Below are positions 1 through 11,775 of a DNA stretch of 64,000 nucleotides, one piece after another. Numbering within the stretch: position 1 is the stretch's first letter; every line of letters starts with the position of its first letter. The stretch lies in contig RDEW01000018.1 in assembly GCA_011109175.1 (NCBI GenBank), positions 140,895-204,894 of the forward strand, in the 5' to 3' direction. This DNA comes from Dicyema japonicum (Eukaryota > Animalia > Dicyemida). The notes below the pieces were generated by a model that saw nothing but the letters and a program-made list of their open reading frames with translations, was not told the DNA's origin and made no database searches. The translations under genes were made by a program, and so were the position numbers.

Positions 1-19
1 AATAGATAATTTAATTACT

Positions 20-1180
20 CTATTAATTAAGTGATCTCGAAGGCCTCAATCAGATTTCTCATCCTTTCCTTGTGCGCCCTCTAGGATCCAAAAGCTTCTC
101 TGTGTGTGGGATGATCTGGGGAATAGAAATTGGAGAGGAGTGATGTATACCCTTTTCATAAGACTCGTCCTGGCTGTGTACTGCTGGGAGTTGCATTTCA
201 TGCACGTGGCAGCAAATCCCTTCTATTTGTCGGATAAGGTCTTCAAGTCATTAGTTTTTCTAGTTTCCCGAGATTACTAATGTTAGTGGTTGTCTGAATG
301 TCGCCTATTTTTTGTTTGTTCGTCCAGGAGATTGATTCCCCATGACGCAAAAGCATAGCTGACAGATGGCTCAATGAATTGTTTGTACAATAATTTTGAT
401 GTTGAAAAAGGGGTCTTAATGCCATCAAAAATAGATTTGATTATCCATAGCTTTCTTGAGCAGCTTCCAGCGATACCGTCGACATGAGAGGAAAAGGACA
501 TGTATGTGTCGAAGGTGATCCCCAAGATTTTCAATTTCTTCGTGCAAAGTATTTTTTTCTGGTTGATAAATATATCCATGGTCATTTGTCCATGTTGTTC
601 ATCTGACGTAAATAAGGAAGAAGATGATTTTTCTGTAGATATATCAAGCCAGTTATAATTTAGACAAATTTGAATCTTGTGAAGGTATTCTTGTAGTCTT
701 TCTGATGCCTTTAGGAGATCTTGATCGCGGGATCCGACTAATAGGTAATTAACATATGATAGGAGGACATATATAAGTTAAATAAGGCAAGTGATAAATG
801 AAAACCTATGGACACCATTTGTTAGTTATCTCGAAACTGATTTGATCCCATCTATGTCTTTCTTCCACCCAGGTTCTTCTTCCATTGTGAAGTTAGCAAG
901 CCAGAGTTTTATATTGTGGTTGACGAAGAAGCCAAAAATTGTCGGGTTAAGATTTTCCTGAGACAGAGTCGAAGACCTTCTGTAAATCGACAGAGCAAAC
1001 AACGGTTTTGAGGTGGCGAGGATTTTTGTTGAAGCCTTCAAGGATAAGTTTATCCAAATAATTTTGATAAGATGCATAGTAAAGAGATTGGTTGAAATGA
1101 TTCAGGATTGTCCTTAGGCTCCCCAGCTTAAAAAATTGGGCGCATATATTACAGTTTCCAGATATTTGGAATGGCATTCA
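20..1180 (-). mobile_element. Degenerate Jockey/I-like LINE remnant (RT core, thumb and 3' end)
   Basis: Broken ORFs 947..1177 (VDLQKVFDSVS), 826..1077 (KLWLANF) and 283..585 (LKILGITFD...LLYKQFIEPSVSYA..W). Near-identical sister copy split over ~21950-22508 and ~25927-26374. Confidence 0.8.
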
Positions 1181-1767
1181 TGTTTAAAAAATAGTTTAAA
1201 TCACCGTAATTGCATCAATCGCAATGGGTCCGAGATGTTCTGCTCTTTTATGAAAGACCGTAGTTCAAGTATTTTGCTTTTGATTCCATTGATTTTTATC
1301 TGCAAAAATTGAGAGTGGGGACCTGGATTAAGTTCAATGTTACCTGCGAGAATTATTAGAAACCCATAAGAAGTGGAAGAAGCCGTCGTCCGAAGAGTCC
1401 TTCTTCGGATGAAGAGTAGCTAATAGTCTTTTTTCGCGGTCCATTACGTGCACCCTAAACGCCTCCAGAACTTTCATAACTGGTAGACCACATGAAGCCA
1501 CGTTTTACGTAATATGTCCATTTGTGTGCCCACATCAGGGTAGATTAAACCGTTTTTAATGATTGTAATAGCTAACCTACAGTAAAGAATAAATTAAATA
1601 AGAGGGTATAACGGTATTCTACTGCAATGAAACGTAAAGATAATTAAATTGTATATTAAATTAATAATAAAAAATTCAATATTTTAAACATTTTAAGAAA
1701 TAAGCATTCTTGTTGCATTTGTGGCATTTATCTTGTGGCAATTATTCTCATAATTTAGATAAATATA

Positions 1768-3665
1768 ATGTTTTTTCAAACACAATTTTGGTATCGGTTT
1801 ATCAAATGCCCAAAATTGATTCATTTATATAATGTCCCCGACAGTGAGAATTATAATATGAATAAAATAGAAGAAATGTCATCGATTGGAATAAATATAG
1901 TTGATATTACTTTGTAATTTAGTCTTGTTTCGTCTTTAATCTTGTAATTTATTTGTTTGTCCTTATTTTATTATTTGGATATGATAAACTCATATTTTTC
2001 TACATTCTAATTCTAACTTTATTCGCTAGAATTTTATTTAACGTAGTAAATTGTTGGTAAGAAAGGATTAAACTTTAGTGGTCGGTCGATTTTTTAATTC
2101 AGTTTATATGACATTTTTTGAAGATTACATAAATGTGATATATAATAATTATGATAAGGTCTTATTGTGTTTAATTTTAGGATATTTTAAAAAAGTATGA
2201 TTATGATTTCAAGTATTGGCCTGTCGATTTTCAAACTAAATGTGAGGATTTGTCAATTCTTGCGGAATTGAGTTCCGATTGGTCCCTAAATAAATTTTTA
2301 AATCTAAAATATTTATTTATTTGGATTATAATGAGACTGGTTGGACGTCCACTTGTATATCCAGGTTCCATGGAAATAACTAAACATTACTTTGAACCCA
2401 TTCTTAATGATGGTCGCTCTTCACTCATAGAAAAGGTAACATCTTTATATTTTATTAACCTAATAATTTTTCTTTTAGTATAATGGTCAAAGAGCAAAAA
2501 TACGCACATTGACGGGAGCTGAGATCGACACAATGTTTTTGGATCGAAGAGACTGCCGTGCTGGACAATATTTAATAATCTGCAGTGAGGGAAATTGTTC
2601 ATTTTATGAATGTGGATGCAGTCAAACTTTAATTTCCCTTGGTTACTCAATTCTTGGTTGGAACCATCCAGGATTTGGCGGGAGCTCAGTTTTGATGTCT
2701 AATAAGAGTTTAGAGATTACCATTTATGCACGAAGAAAAGAATGCAGTGTTTTCAGTAATTTCATATGCCATTGAAAATCTGGGATTTTCTCAAAACAAA
2801 ATAATCCTTTATGGTTGGTCCATTGGTGGATATTCCTGTACTTTTGGTGCCTATCTTTTTCCAAAAGTTGACTCTGTGGTTAGAATAATGTTTTTTATTT
2901 TCGTTGATTTGTGATGGGACTTTTCACTCTATAATTCCTGTTGCTAAAAACTCATTAGCAGATATTTTTCGTTAGCTGGTTTTATTAACTTTTAGATACA
3001 TTAGTTGAATGTGTAATGACTGAACATTTCAATTTAAATCTTTCAGAATTGCTTACTAGGTCATCACAATGTATATATTCGTAGATTCGATGGTCCTTTG
3101 CTTATTTTGAGGAGAACCAATGATGAAATTGTTTCCCTCGTGTATGAATTTATTTAATTTTAAGTACAAATGACGTTTCTTCCAATTGTGGAAATTGTCT
3201 TGCTTTGGATGTTTTAAAAAATCGGTTATTTTAATTTATTACTTTAGTTTTCCTGTTTTGTTCACAGATTGGGTATTAGAAGAGTGTGAAAAATGTCTCA
3301 AAGTTCCAGCCGAAGCACGTGGTTAGATGAATTATTTAAAAATCAGTACAACGATATTACTCGTATAATGTGGATGAAAATGAATGTAAGAATATGTTTG
3401 ATAGTTATTTTGGATCTTCTAATCTTTGCAAGTCTGAATTATTTGGTTCTTATATATTTTTAGTTTTAGGAGAAAATATGAGTAAAGTGGAAAAGCTGAA
3501 ATATGCATTATTTTTGGTATTCTTTGTTTTATATTTTAGCTTGATAAAACATTATGTGATGTTGTTGAAAGGCATTCTGTTCCTCTTCCACTTGAATTTT
3601 TCGAAAGACCTTGGCGGCCATGCGACTCTGAGTGCTTTGCAGGGTGTCATTATCACTATGCATAA
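1768..3665 (+). CDS. ABHD16A: ABHD16A/BAT5-like phosphatidylserine lipase, multi-exon
   Basis: Spliced translation gives YDYDFKYWPVDF, YNGQRAKIRTLTGAEIDTMFLDRR, ICSEGNCSFYECG, GYSILGWNHPGFGGS, YGWSIGG (nucleophile elbow), RHSVPLP. About 11 short introns. Start codon is a best guess. Confidence 0.85.
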
Positions 3666-3719
3666 TCTATTTCACTAAATTTCAATTGTTTTGTCATTTT
3701 TATTTTATTTCACTATTTT

Positions 3720-4050
3720 AATAATAATAATAACTCCAGAGAACACGGTTACACAAACTAACTAATCACGTGATCCCAGCACGCTCTAGCAGGGACCTCA
3801 TCTTGGCCCGATGCTCCTCCCTCGTCTTCACATAAGCACGTATCGGTCGAGTGAGTGGACCTTCGCAGTCACGACGGCGCGTTCTGTGGTTCATTTTTAT
3901 CATAGCTTCAAGAGGCATTGGTGGCTGGAGTTCTCCAGAAATCCAGCGTTCCGTGATTTTGGAGGCTCTTCTCCGGCTAGCCGCGATCTTCAAGACATTC
4001 GTCCAAGAGATGAGTGGACCCCATATACCACATGCATAAGAGATGCATGG
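3720..4050 (-). mobile_element. 3' fragment of a LINE with (TAA)n-type tail
   Basis: ORF 3766..3993 ends ...LLERAGIT*, like the GIT*/EIT* ends of other LINE copies here. Simple AAT repeat at ~3720-3732. Confidence 0.5.
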
Positions 4051-4199
4051 TTTAATGAATTTTAAAGTATTTTGATTAAATTATTTAATTTCTGATAATT
4101 TAAGAATGTTTAGATCATTTTTAATAAATAAATGAATACTTTTGCAATACATAATAATAATAATAGCCTTTTCACGAAAGCCATAATATCTATCTCAGC

Positions 4200-4285
4200 A
4201 TAGGCAGGACACACACTTTATTTAAGTTAAGAACAGTTAATTTTAACTAATCGCAGAACCAAGGAATGATCTTTACTTCTTTTTT
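4200..4285. repeat. Dispersed repeat shared with ~53635-53720
   Basis: acacactttatttaagttaagaacagtta...ctaatcgcagaaccaaggaatgatcttt matches cacacgctttatttaagtaaagaacagtta...ctaatcgaag...aaccaaggaatgctcttc. Confidence 0.55.
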
Positions 4286-4429
4286 CTTTTTCTTGTGTGT
4301 GGGTCCTTTCTAGACAATCCATGGATTATGGCCCTTGTAGGTTTCTACAAGCCAACGGCACAGAGTTCAAGAACTGTCATATCAGAAAATTTTGTGAGGA
4401 TTACAGAATTACTCAAATCCACGGAAGAC

Positions 4430-4600
4430 CTTGGATACTGAAAAAGGCGGATAGACGAAAAATTGATGCTTTTGAACTGTGGTGGTGGAGGTGGTTACTA
4501 AGAATCCCTTGGATTTCCAAGTAACAAACACCGATGTACTCAAACGGGTGGAGACGGATATCGTCACATTATTCAATATTATCATCATATTCGCCATAGA
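4430..4600 (+). mobile_element. BovB-like RTE C-terminal fragment
   Basis: WILKKADRRKIDAFELWWWRWLLRIPW then VTNTDVLKRVETDI, the typical RTE/BovB C-terminal motif. Confidence 0.6.
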
Positions 4601-5599
4601 AAGGTCAAAAAAGTAGGGAATTTGTTGATGTTTTAGGTCTTTGTTAGAATGCATCGGAATCACGTAATTAGTTTTGTTTTTAGTGGTCTTGGGTTAAATA
4701 AATAAAAATATTCAAAAAAAATTTCATTAATACATTAAAGCATTATTTCGTGAAGCATGTATTGCAAAAGTACCATTAAATGCATTAATAATTTAAATTT
4801 ACGTTTTATTAGACCTTTCTTTTTTAGAAAAAAAGCTACCGAACTGCCATTTCTCTCGATCTATTTTATTCCTTGTTCAGATTAATAACTGTCCTCAACA
4901 TTCTTAGTCATCAGTTAACAAATTATTACATATCGGAACATTAATCGATAACGCCTCCATATAATATTTGCACGATAGAGATCAGGCGTTAGATAATTGT
5001 CGTTTATGTTTGGTAAGATATAAGTAAAAGGAAAAGTCCTAACGACTAAAAATAAAAACTCGTCGAGAAAGAAAAACCCACAGAATAGTCTAATTCCCAA
5101 AAAGGCATTGATATACCAATTAGTGAACTGTATCAAGATGATCTAAGCAGGTTGTTTAATCTACCATGACACAGGATTCACCTTTAATTAATCTGGAAGT
5201 TAAAAACTCGACGTTGGGACAGATTAGGTATTTCAACATTTTATCCAACTCAGAGACTGCCACTAAGGCACGAATAACACTAAGTAAATAATACATATTC
5301 TTCATAAAGGACATGGATACTTGTATCAATGACTTGGTTTGAACATTCTATTCGGTATTGATAGACATGCTTTTCCTACGTTCACCTATATCCGTCCATT
5401 GTTGTTATAAAAGGAATTCTTTTTTTTGGGTCTCAGATGATGAATGAGATCTTTACCTAACAGAAAACGACCTGGTTTTTTTCCAACGCTTCATGAAGGA
5501 CGGGTTGGAAAATTAACTTTGAAATCAAAAAGTGGAAGTCACGTTACCTACTTCCGATGACAAAAATTTGGGTACATTGCGAATTTTTGCAAGTAGCAA

Positions 5600-5760
5600 A
5601 GATAGATGTTTAATTTGTGGTGGACAGCACAATATTAGCTTTTGCTTGTTTAAGGATTGTGAAAAAATGTAATAACTGCGGGGCAGTTGATCATTTGGTT
5701 AATTATGGTGGTTGCTCTTCAGCAAAGGCTGTTTTTGAATAAAGAAACGCAGAAGACGTG
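5600..5760 (+). mobile_element. Remnant of LINE ORF1 (gag-like zinc knuckles)
   Basis: CLICGGQH...CNNCG..DHLVNYGGCSSAKA parallels CLVCSGPH...CVNCGSSSHFANYGGCPKA at 30659..31015. Confidence 0.45.
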
Positions 5761-6832
5761 GCAAAGAACGTATTTCGACCTATTATGGACAATCACTTTT
5801 TTTCCTTTCTGAGGTGGCAAACTAGTTTTTTCCTAATTTCCCCAGTTATCATGGAATACGCAGACGTATCGATCGCTCTTCACCTTCAGCTACTATTATC
5901 TGTTAATCTGTGGACGGTTAGTTAGTTTGGAGTCTTTGTAGGTTACGACACGAAGAAACTAAAATGGCCCCACTTTCGAATGTTCATTGCCAAATATTTA
6001 ATGTTGTGGCATAGTGAGTCTAAAATTCCACTAGAAATTTTCCAAACGAGTAAACAAATAACAGATCTAATTTTAAAACTTCGTCATAAAAATATACTCA
6101 TGTTGTCTCTATTTTTGGTACAAGAAGATTGTGACGAAAAGAAATAATCTAAGGACTAAAAAGGATCCACAGGACTGCTTAGCCCTGTCTTACAAAATCA
6201 GTGACCTGTAAAAGCAGTTGTTGCAGTGCATTAGAGAGTGGAATGAAAGCAAGTAGAACTATCAACTATGAGTTATATCAGAGTGTGAGGACCTTAGTAT
6301 CAATTGCAAACAAGATTATGGTCAGAGATCCAATGACTCCTGTTATGCTGAAGAAGAACTATCTATAGTTTTTGAGGCACAACTTAAATACGATAATATT
6401 ATCGCTGAGAAACCTTGTTATGAACTAGTGACGGTAAAAACGACATTTATAGAAATTTCTCTAACAGAAATGAAAATTACCACAAAAGCTATCAAGAATA
6501 AAGCATCAAGCAATGATTGCATCAAAACCAAAATGTTCAAAGAAGATCTAGTAAGATTTTCAATGCAAGTCTGATCATGGAAGAGAACGATTTTACGGAT
6601 GTTGACGAAGACAGGAAACTCGAATGAAAAAAAACGAAATCCTTGACTCATACATCATAGCGCGAAATGAATCATAAGAAGCATCTGAAGTCGCAGGAAG
6701 AGAGTCCAAGCTATGGCAAGACTTGTGTTACAAGAAACCTAAAAAATTAACCTTTTTAGTTTCCTTTTTGTAATAAAGTTCGTTAAACTAATAATGTTTC
6801 ACTAAATAAAGATTTCATATGATAGTTTTTAA

Positions 6833-9813
6833 TATTATTATTGTTAAAATCACTTTCACAGAACCAAAGAACGTTATGCTACGCGTTTCGAGATTTGCTT
6901 CACTAGGCGTCTCCATCTCCCTCTGCTTTGCGCATCTATCCGTAGATCTTCTAGGTCTTCTGCAGATTTAAGTTTTCTTCCAATTCCATTACGATCCTTG
7001 TTCAGAGCCACGGGTAGACTGACTCTGGGTCTTCCTCTTAACGATGGTTTGTTCTCATTGTTAAGGTAATTGTCCATTATTATATTTGTAAAGGCGTTTA
7101 TGTTCATTCTAAACACGTGCCCAAACAGTCTTTACCTTGATTCAATAATGTCGATTGGCCTCGATTGTGCCACAGAGTATAATTTCTTATTTGAAATCCT
7201 CCTGATGCCAACCTAGGCCCATTAAATTGCATAATTGTTTTCGAAGAAATATATTTATTTTCTTGAGCTCTAGCTCTGTGACCCCCATATACTCGAGTTG
7301 TACATAAGCACAAGGCGTTATAAATGAGTTGTATAGTCTTATTCTTAGATTTGTTTTTATTAGTTTTCGTTGACTTCATATCTTCTGTATTTTCTTATCA
7401 TGGCAGTGGCTAGAACTCTTCTATACATCATGTCCTCACTATCACCAAGTAAGAATCCCAATTTCCTTTTTTCATCCAATTTTCATCAATATATTTTGAT
7501 TCACTTGTGATTCTTATGTGTTCAGTTTTTTCCTGATTAACTCGTAGAGACCAAATCTTAAATTTTCCAGGGGTTTTCTTTAAAGCAAGTCCAAGTTCCA
7601 GATCATTTTCTGACACAAAATCTATGTCATCGCATATATAATCTCCATCGGCATGCATCCTTCACATTTTGTTATAAGAGCTCTCAATGCCGCTTCTAGG
7701 TATACGACGAATAGAACCGAAGATAGAGAGTCTCCCTGAGGTATTCCAACTATTGTCCCGAAAGTCTTCGATGTTGTGTTCCCAACTCGTACGGTTAATT
7801 CAGTGTTAGATAATAGGAAACGGAGACAAGTCTTGTGTTATCCTCATCAAGAAACTTTCAGCAACGTCCAACAATGTTTTTCTGTTGACAATGTCAAGCG
7901 CACTGGACATATCCACTCTCAAAATCTTAAAATCATTCATGTATCGTTGACACATGGCACATATCCACCTATGGGACCAAACAGCATCTGCGGTCGAGCG
8001 TCCCTTTCTGAAGCCACTCTGTCCCGGCGACAAAAATTCATAAACATCAGAAGACATCCGACTAAGGGTTATCAGAAATAGTATCTTCCTCAATGTTCCC
8101 AGTAATATCACAGGTCTTAGATTTTTTATCGGTCCCTTGCTCTTTCCTGGTTTATGCAGAGGAATCAAAATTCCATCACCAAGTTTCGAAGGGGAATGCG
8201 TTATAAATAACTTATTTAAAATCTTTGTAATGATGGTTGTCAGTTCGCCTGGTGCATACTTATCATTTCTCCATGTATGTTGTCTGGTCCCGCTGCCCTG
8301 TTGTTGTTTAATTTAATGATTGCCAGATTAGTTTCCTCTGTAGATATCGGTAGATTCAGGCTTCTTGGTGATTTCTCAAATAGCTCTGAGGTTTCATTTT
8401 CATTCAAAGTCCTAAAAATGTTGGGCAAATATCTCAGTTTTTTCTTTATTATCCAATACATTTCATCCTTGACTGTCGTGATTATAAATATTCGTAGGTT
8501 GAACTCCCGTCTGCAAAAGGCTAACTACTCAAAACATTTGCGTTTCGTATCCCAACTTCTCAATTTCACTGACACGTTCGTAAATTTGTTTAACATAAGT
8601 TTCCTTCTTCCTCCTTCTAATCTCCTTGACAATACGATTTCTTTCTCTTCTTAACTCGTTGTAAGTATCATTATTTGTAAACGATTCCATTCTCAGCCGC
8701 AATTTGTTTGTTTAATTGATAATGATCTAATTTTGTGATCGAATACCCATTTAAATCCTGCCGGCCTTTTTTCTCCAAGCCCGTCGAAACTTGCCTTCTT
8801 TATTCCATCAACAGTAGCATTCCAGATCATCTCTGGGGATTTTCCATATTTATGTTCACAATCTCCTTTTAATTGCCATACAATAATCTTCACGCGTCTT
8901 CTCACATAAGCATAATTTTTCCACAATAAAACGATCCAGATAAGCTCTCTTCTTTCTAGCTCTGTCTATTCCGAAATATCTTTTCATTCTAAAACGTGCA
9001 ACCAGCAGTTTATGATCACTATGAGTGATGGTGCCTTCATAGCTGCGGGAGTCTGTTAGTAAAGCACGAAGAGATCTTTTACACATAACATAATCAATCT
9101 GGTTGTATATCCGGACATAGTCACCATTTCCATCCTTTCTGAGTCCAGTCCACGTAGTCTTATGCCTCGCATTGTGGTCGAATGCAGAATTACAAATGAA
9201 GTTGTCAAACATGTTACAAAATTGCACGAGCGATTCTCCTGACATATTCCTCCTCCCCCTGGCATGTCTACCCATACAGGGTTCTCTCCATGGACAGTGT
9301 CCCACTTTAGCATTCCAATCATCACACAAAAAGGTCATAAACGAGCCTTTGAGATCAGAGATGGTATCCGTTAGTGACATATAAAACAGATCAAGTTCAT
9401 CGGGATTTGTAGAAACCCTCGTCATCGTGAGAGTGTATACATTAATTATGATAAAGGAATTATCAGTCCTCCCACTCTTAATCTGAAGTACTGCTATTCT
9501 GTCATTCACCCTCCACACTCTGTAAATTCTCCCATCAAGACAGTGATGTATAGCAAAGCCAAGTCCGTAGTGGTTGCATTCGGAGTCTAGTAGTATAAGT
9601 CTATACTCTGTAATTCTCCTCAACTTCATCCTTCACTTTAGTCTCCTGTATACTGCATACAGTGACTTTATATGATGTTAAGTCACTTATTAAATTCCTC
9701 CCTTTATGTTTTTCTTTCAATCCTCGGACGTTGAATGACGCCAGTGTGCAGAGATCATTCGACATGTGTGAAATAGACATAATAATTCAAGAACCACGTC
9801 ACCAGTTCAACCA
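6833..9813 (-). mobile_element. Near full-length degenerate RTE LINE (APE + RT)
   Basis: APE ORF 8856..9629 (HYGLGFAI, DWNAKVG, NQIDY, SDHKLLVARF). RT pieces 7428-8461 (NLRPVILL, QSGFRKGRST, HADGDYICDD). Conserved 5' motif at 9794-9813 and TAA-type tail at ~6833-6842. Confidence 0.9.
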
Positions 9814-10046
9814 ATGAGGGTATTTGAGGACATAAAAGAGATGACTTTGGAGGTTTTTTAAGATGATATTTTAAATTTAAGTAGTACTTTACCAAACTAC
9901 CTCACATTTAGATTACCTTCCTGGTCAAGATTTTATCATACTTCACCAAAACTCAAGCAAAGCCCGTTAAAACTTTTGACTAGATCTCTAATATTAATAA
10001 AAACAAAAATAATCAAAAAATGATAAACCAAATAATCAAAGGCTAA

Positions 10047-11198
10047 TTAAGATTGGTTAATATTTTTAAGCAATTCTCTCAACTTACCCGTATCATTAAC
10101 AAAACTTCTAATTCCATCTCCCAATTTTTCGTGAGCCATTTCGTCTTTGTTCAGTTTATATCGAAATTCAGATTCATTGACAAAAATTTGTTCCTCAGAA
10201 GATATTTTAGCTTAATTAATAATGAATTGAAAACCAATTTCCTTGGTTAAAACAACATTCACAGATTCAGATGAAGCATCCAGCTTTTCCAAAAGAATAG
10301 GACTTTAAATCAGGAAAACATACTCACGAAATAGTCAAAAGATCACATCCAGCTAAAGATTTTATCTGTCCAACATTTCTAAATGAAGCCCCCATAATCA
10401 AGGTTTTGTAGTCAAATTTTTTAAAATAATTATAAATTTTTGTAACAGACTTTACACCTAATAGAAAAATAATTAGTCACCAAACCAGGATCATTTTGAC
10501 CTTCGTAATCGATTTTAGTCTTATTTTATACCAATCATAAATTCTCCCCACAAATGGCGATATCAGAGTTACATTTGCCTGGGCACAGGCCACAGCCTAT
10601 CCTAAAATATGTTTGATACTTGATAGAATGAAAAAATCAATGTTAAATTACAATGGACTTTATGTTGTGTTTCGAGAACTCTTAAATCGATTAGTCAGAA
10701 ATACTTTGCGGCTTCAATTCCTTCCCAGGTAGCAGCGATTTTTATTAAAATTCTTTCTTTGCTAATTCCAAATTCTTTGTACATTTCAATCAGCCTCAAA
10801 GCTTTTTCTATTTGAGCTTGTTTGTCAAAAGAAAGTCAAAAAATAAAATATTTTACAACCTAGCGTCCACTTCGGTAGAAACGAGTCCAGGAATCACTTC
10901 GAGTATTTTAACTCCAAAGAGAACCACTAATCTGTCCATTGCAATATTTATTTGATCCTCAACAGCTCTGTTAATTTTAAAATATTAAAACTTTGCGTTA
11001 TTTTTACCATATTCCAAAGCTTCAGAAATAATTTGAGGGTAAAGCTCAGCGGCTTTTAATATTAATGATGGATTTGTTGTAGCATCTCGTGGAGTGAATT
11101 TTTTTATTGCTAAAATAGTTTATATTTTCTTAACAGTTAAAATCTCCAGTATCAGCAACCACAGTAGAAAATTTTTTAATCTGATCAAGTGAAGTCAT
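10047..11198 (-). CDS. TALDO1: Transaldolase, 9 exons
   Basis: [107 protein letters not shown]. Eight introns of 23-28 nt. One homopolymer frameshift at ~10524-10527. Confidence 0.96.
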
Positions 11199-11639
11199 GA
11201 TGACGATGAGTAATTAAATCAAAATATATTTTTTTATTTTTATTTATTTGTATTCATTTTTTAGATATAATTATTATTTTAATAAATTAATTGCAAAGTT
11301 AATTTTATTAGGATTTTTCTTAAAATTATTGATTAGAAGTTGAGTTATAATAACAATTAATAACAATTGAATATCAATAAAAATATTTTAGATTAGCTTA
11401 TTTTTAATTATAGCATAAAATTTTTCCTTCAAAGCATCAATTAACATTAATAAATCAGTGCTGTCAAGGGGAAAAATAATTACGAGGAAAGTGAAGATCA
11501 CGATTCAAAATGAACCATGTGGAATAAATTTTGTCACCAGTAATTAGACAAGCGGCTTAAAAACGGGAAAGTTGTACATGAAAAGTCACTGAGAACATGT
11601 TCGGTCTCATTCCTATACGAATCTCACTTTCCACGTTTA

Positions 11640-11738
11640 CAGTTATATCAACAAGCTAAATTTTATTGAAGAAAATAGAGTCACGGTTATATAGAAGCTG
11701 CCCTGACTGCGTGGCTATTCCCTCTCAGTTATATCAAC
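11640..11738. repeat. 73-bp insertion flanked by a 13-bp direct repeat (probable TSD)
   Basis: cagttatatcaac at 11640-11652 and 11726-11738. Confidence 0.55.
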
Positions 11739-11775
11739 TATGTTTAAATTAATTATCATTTTATAAAAGATTTAC

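Noticed and set aside
2053-2078. Apparent fourth GT...TG intron in ABHD16A (ending ...tttagtg)
   Set aside because: A canonical 26-nt GT-AG intron (AAT T|gttggtaag...tttag|TG GTC) restores the frame
4915-5580. Hydrophobic ORF 4915..5136 and upstream coding-like sequence
   Set aside because: Multiple stops, no recognisable family and no consistent splice path
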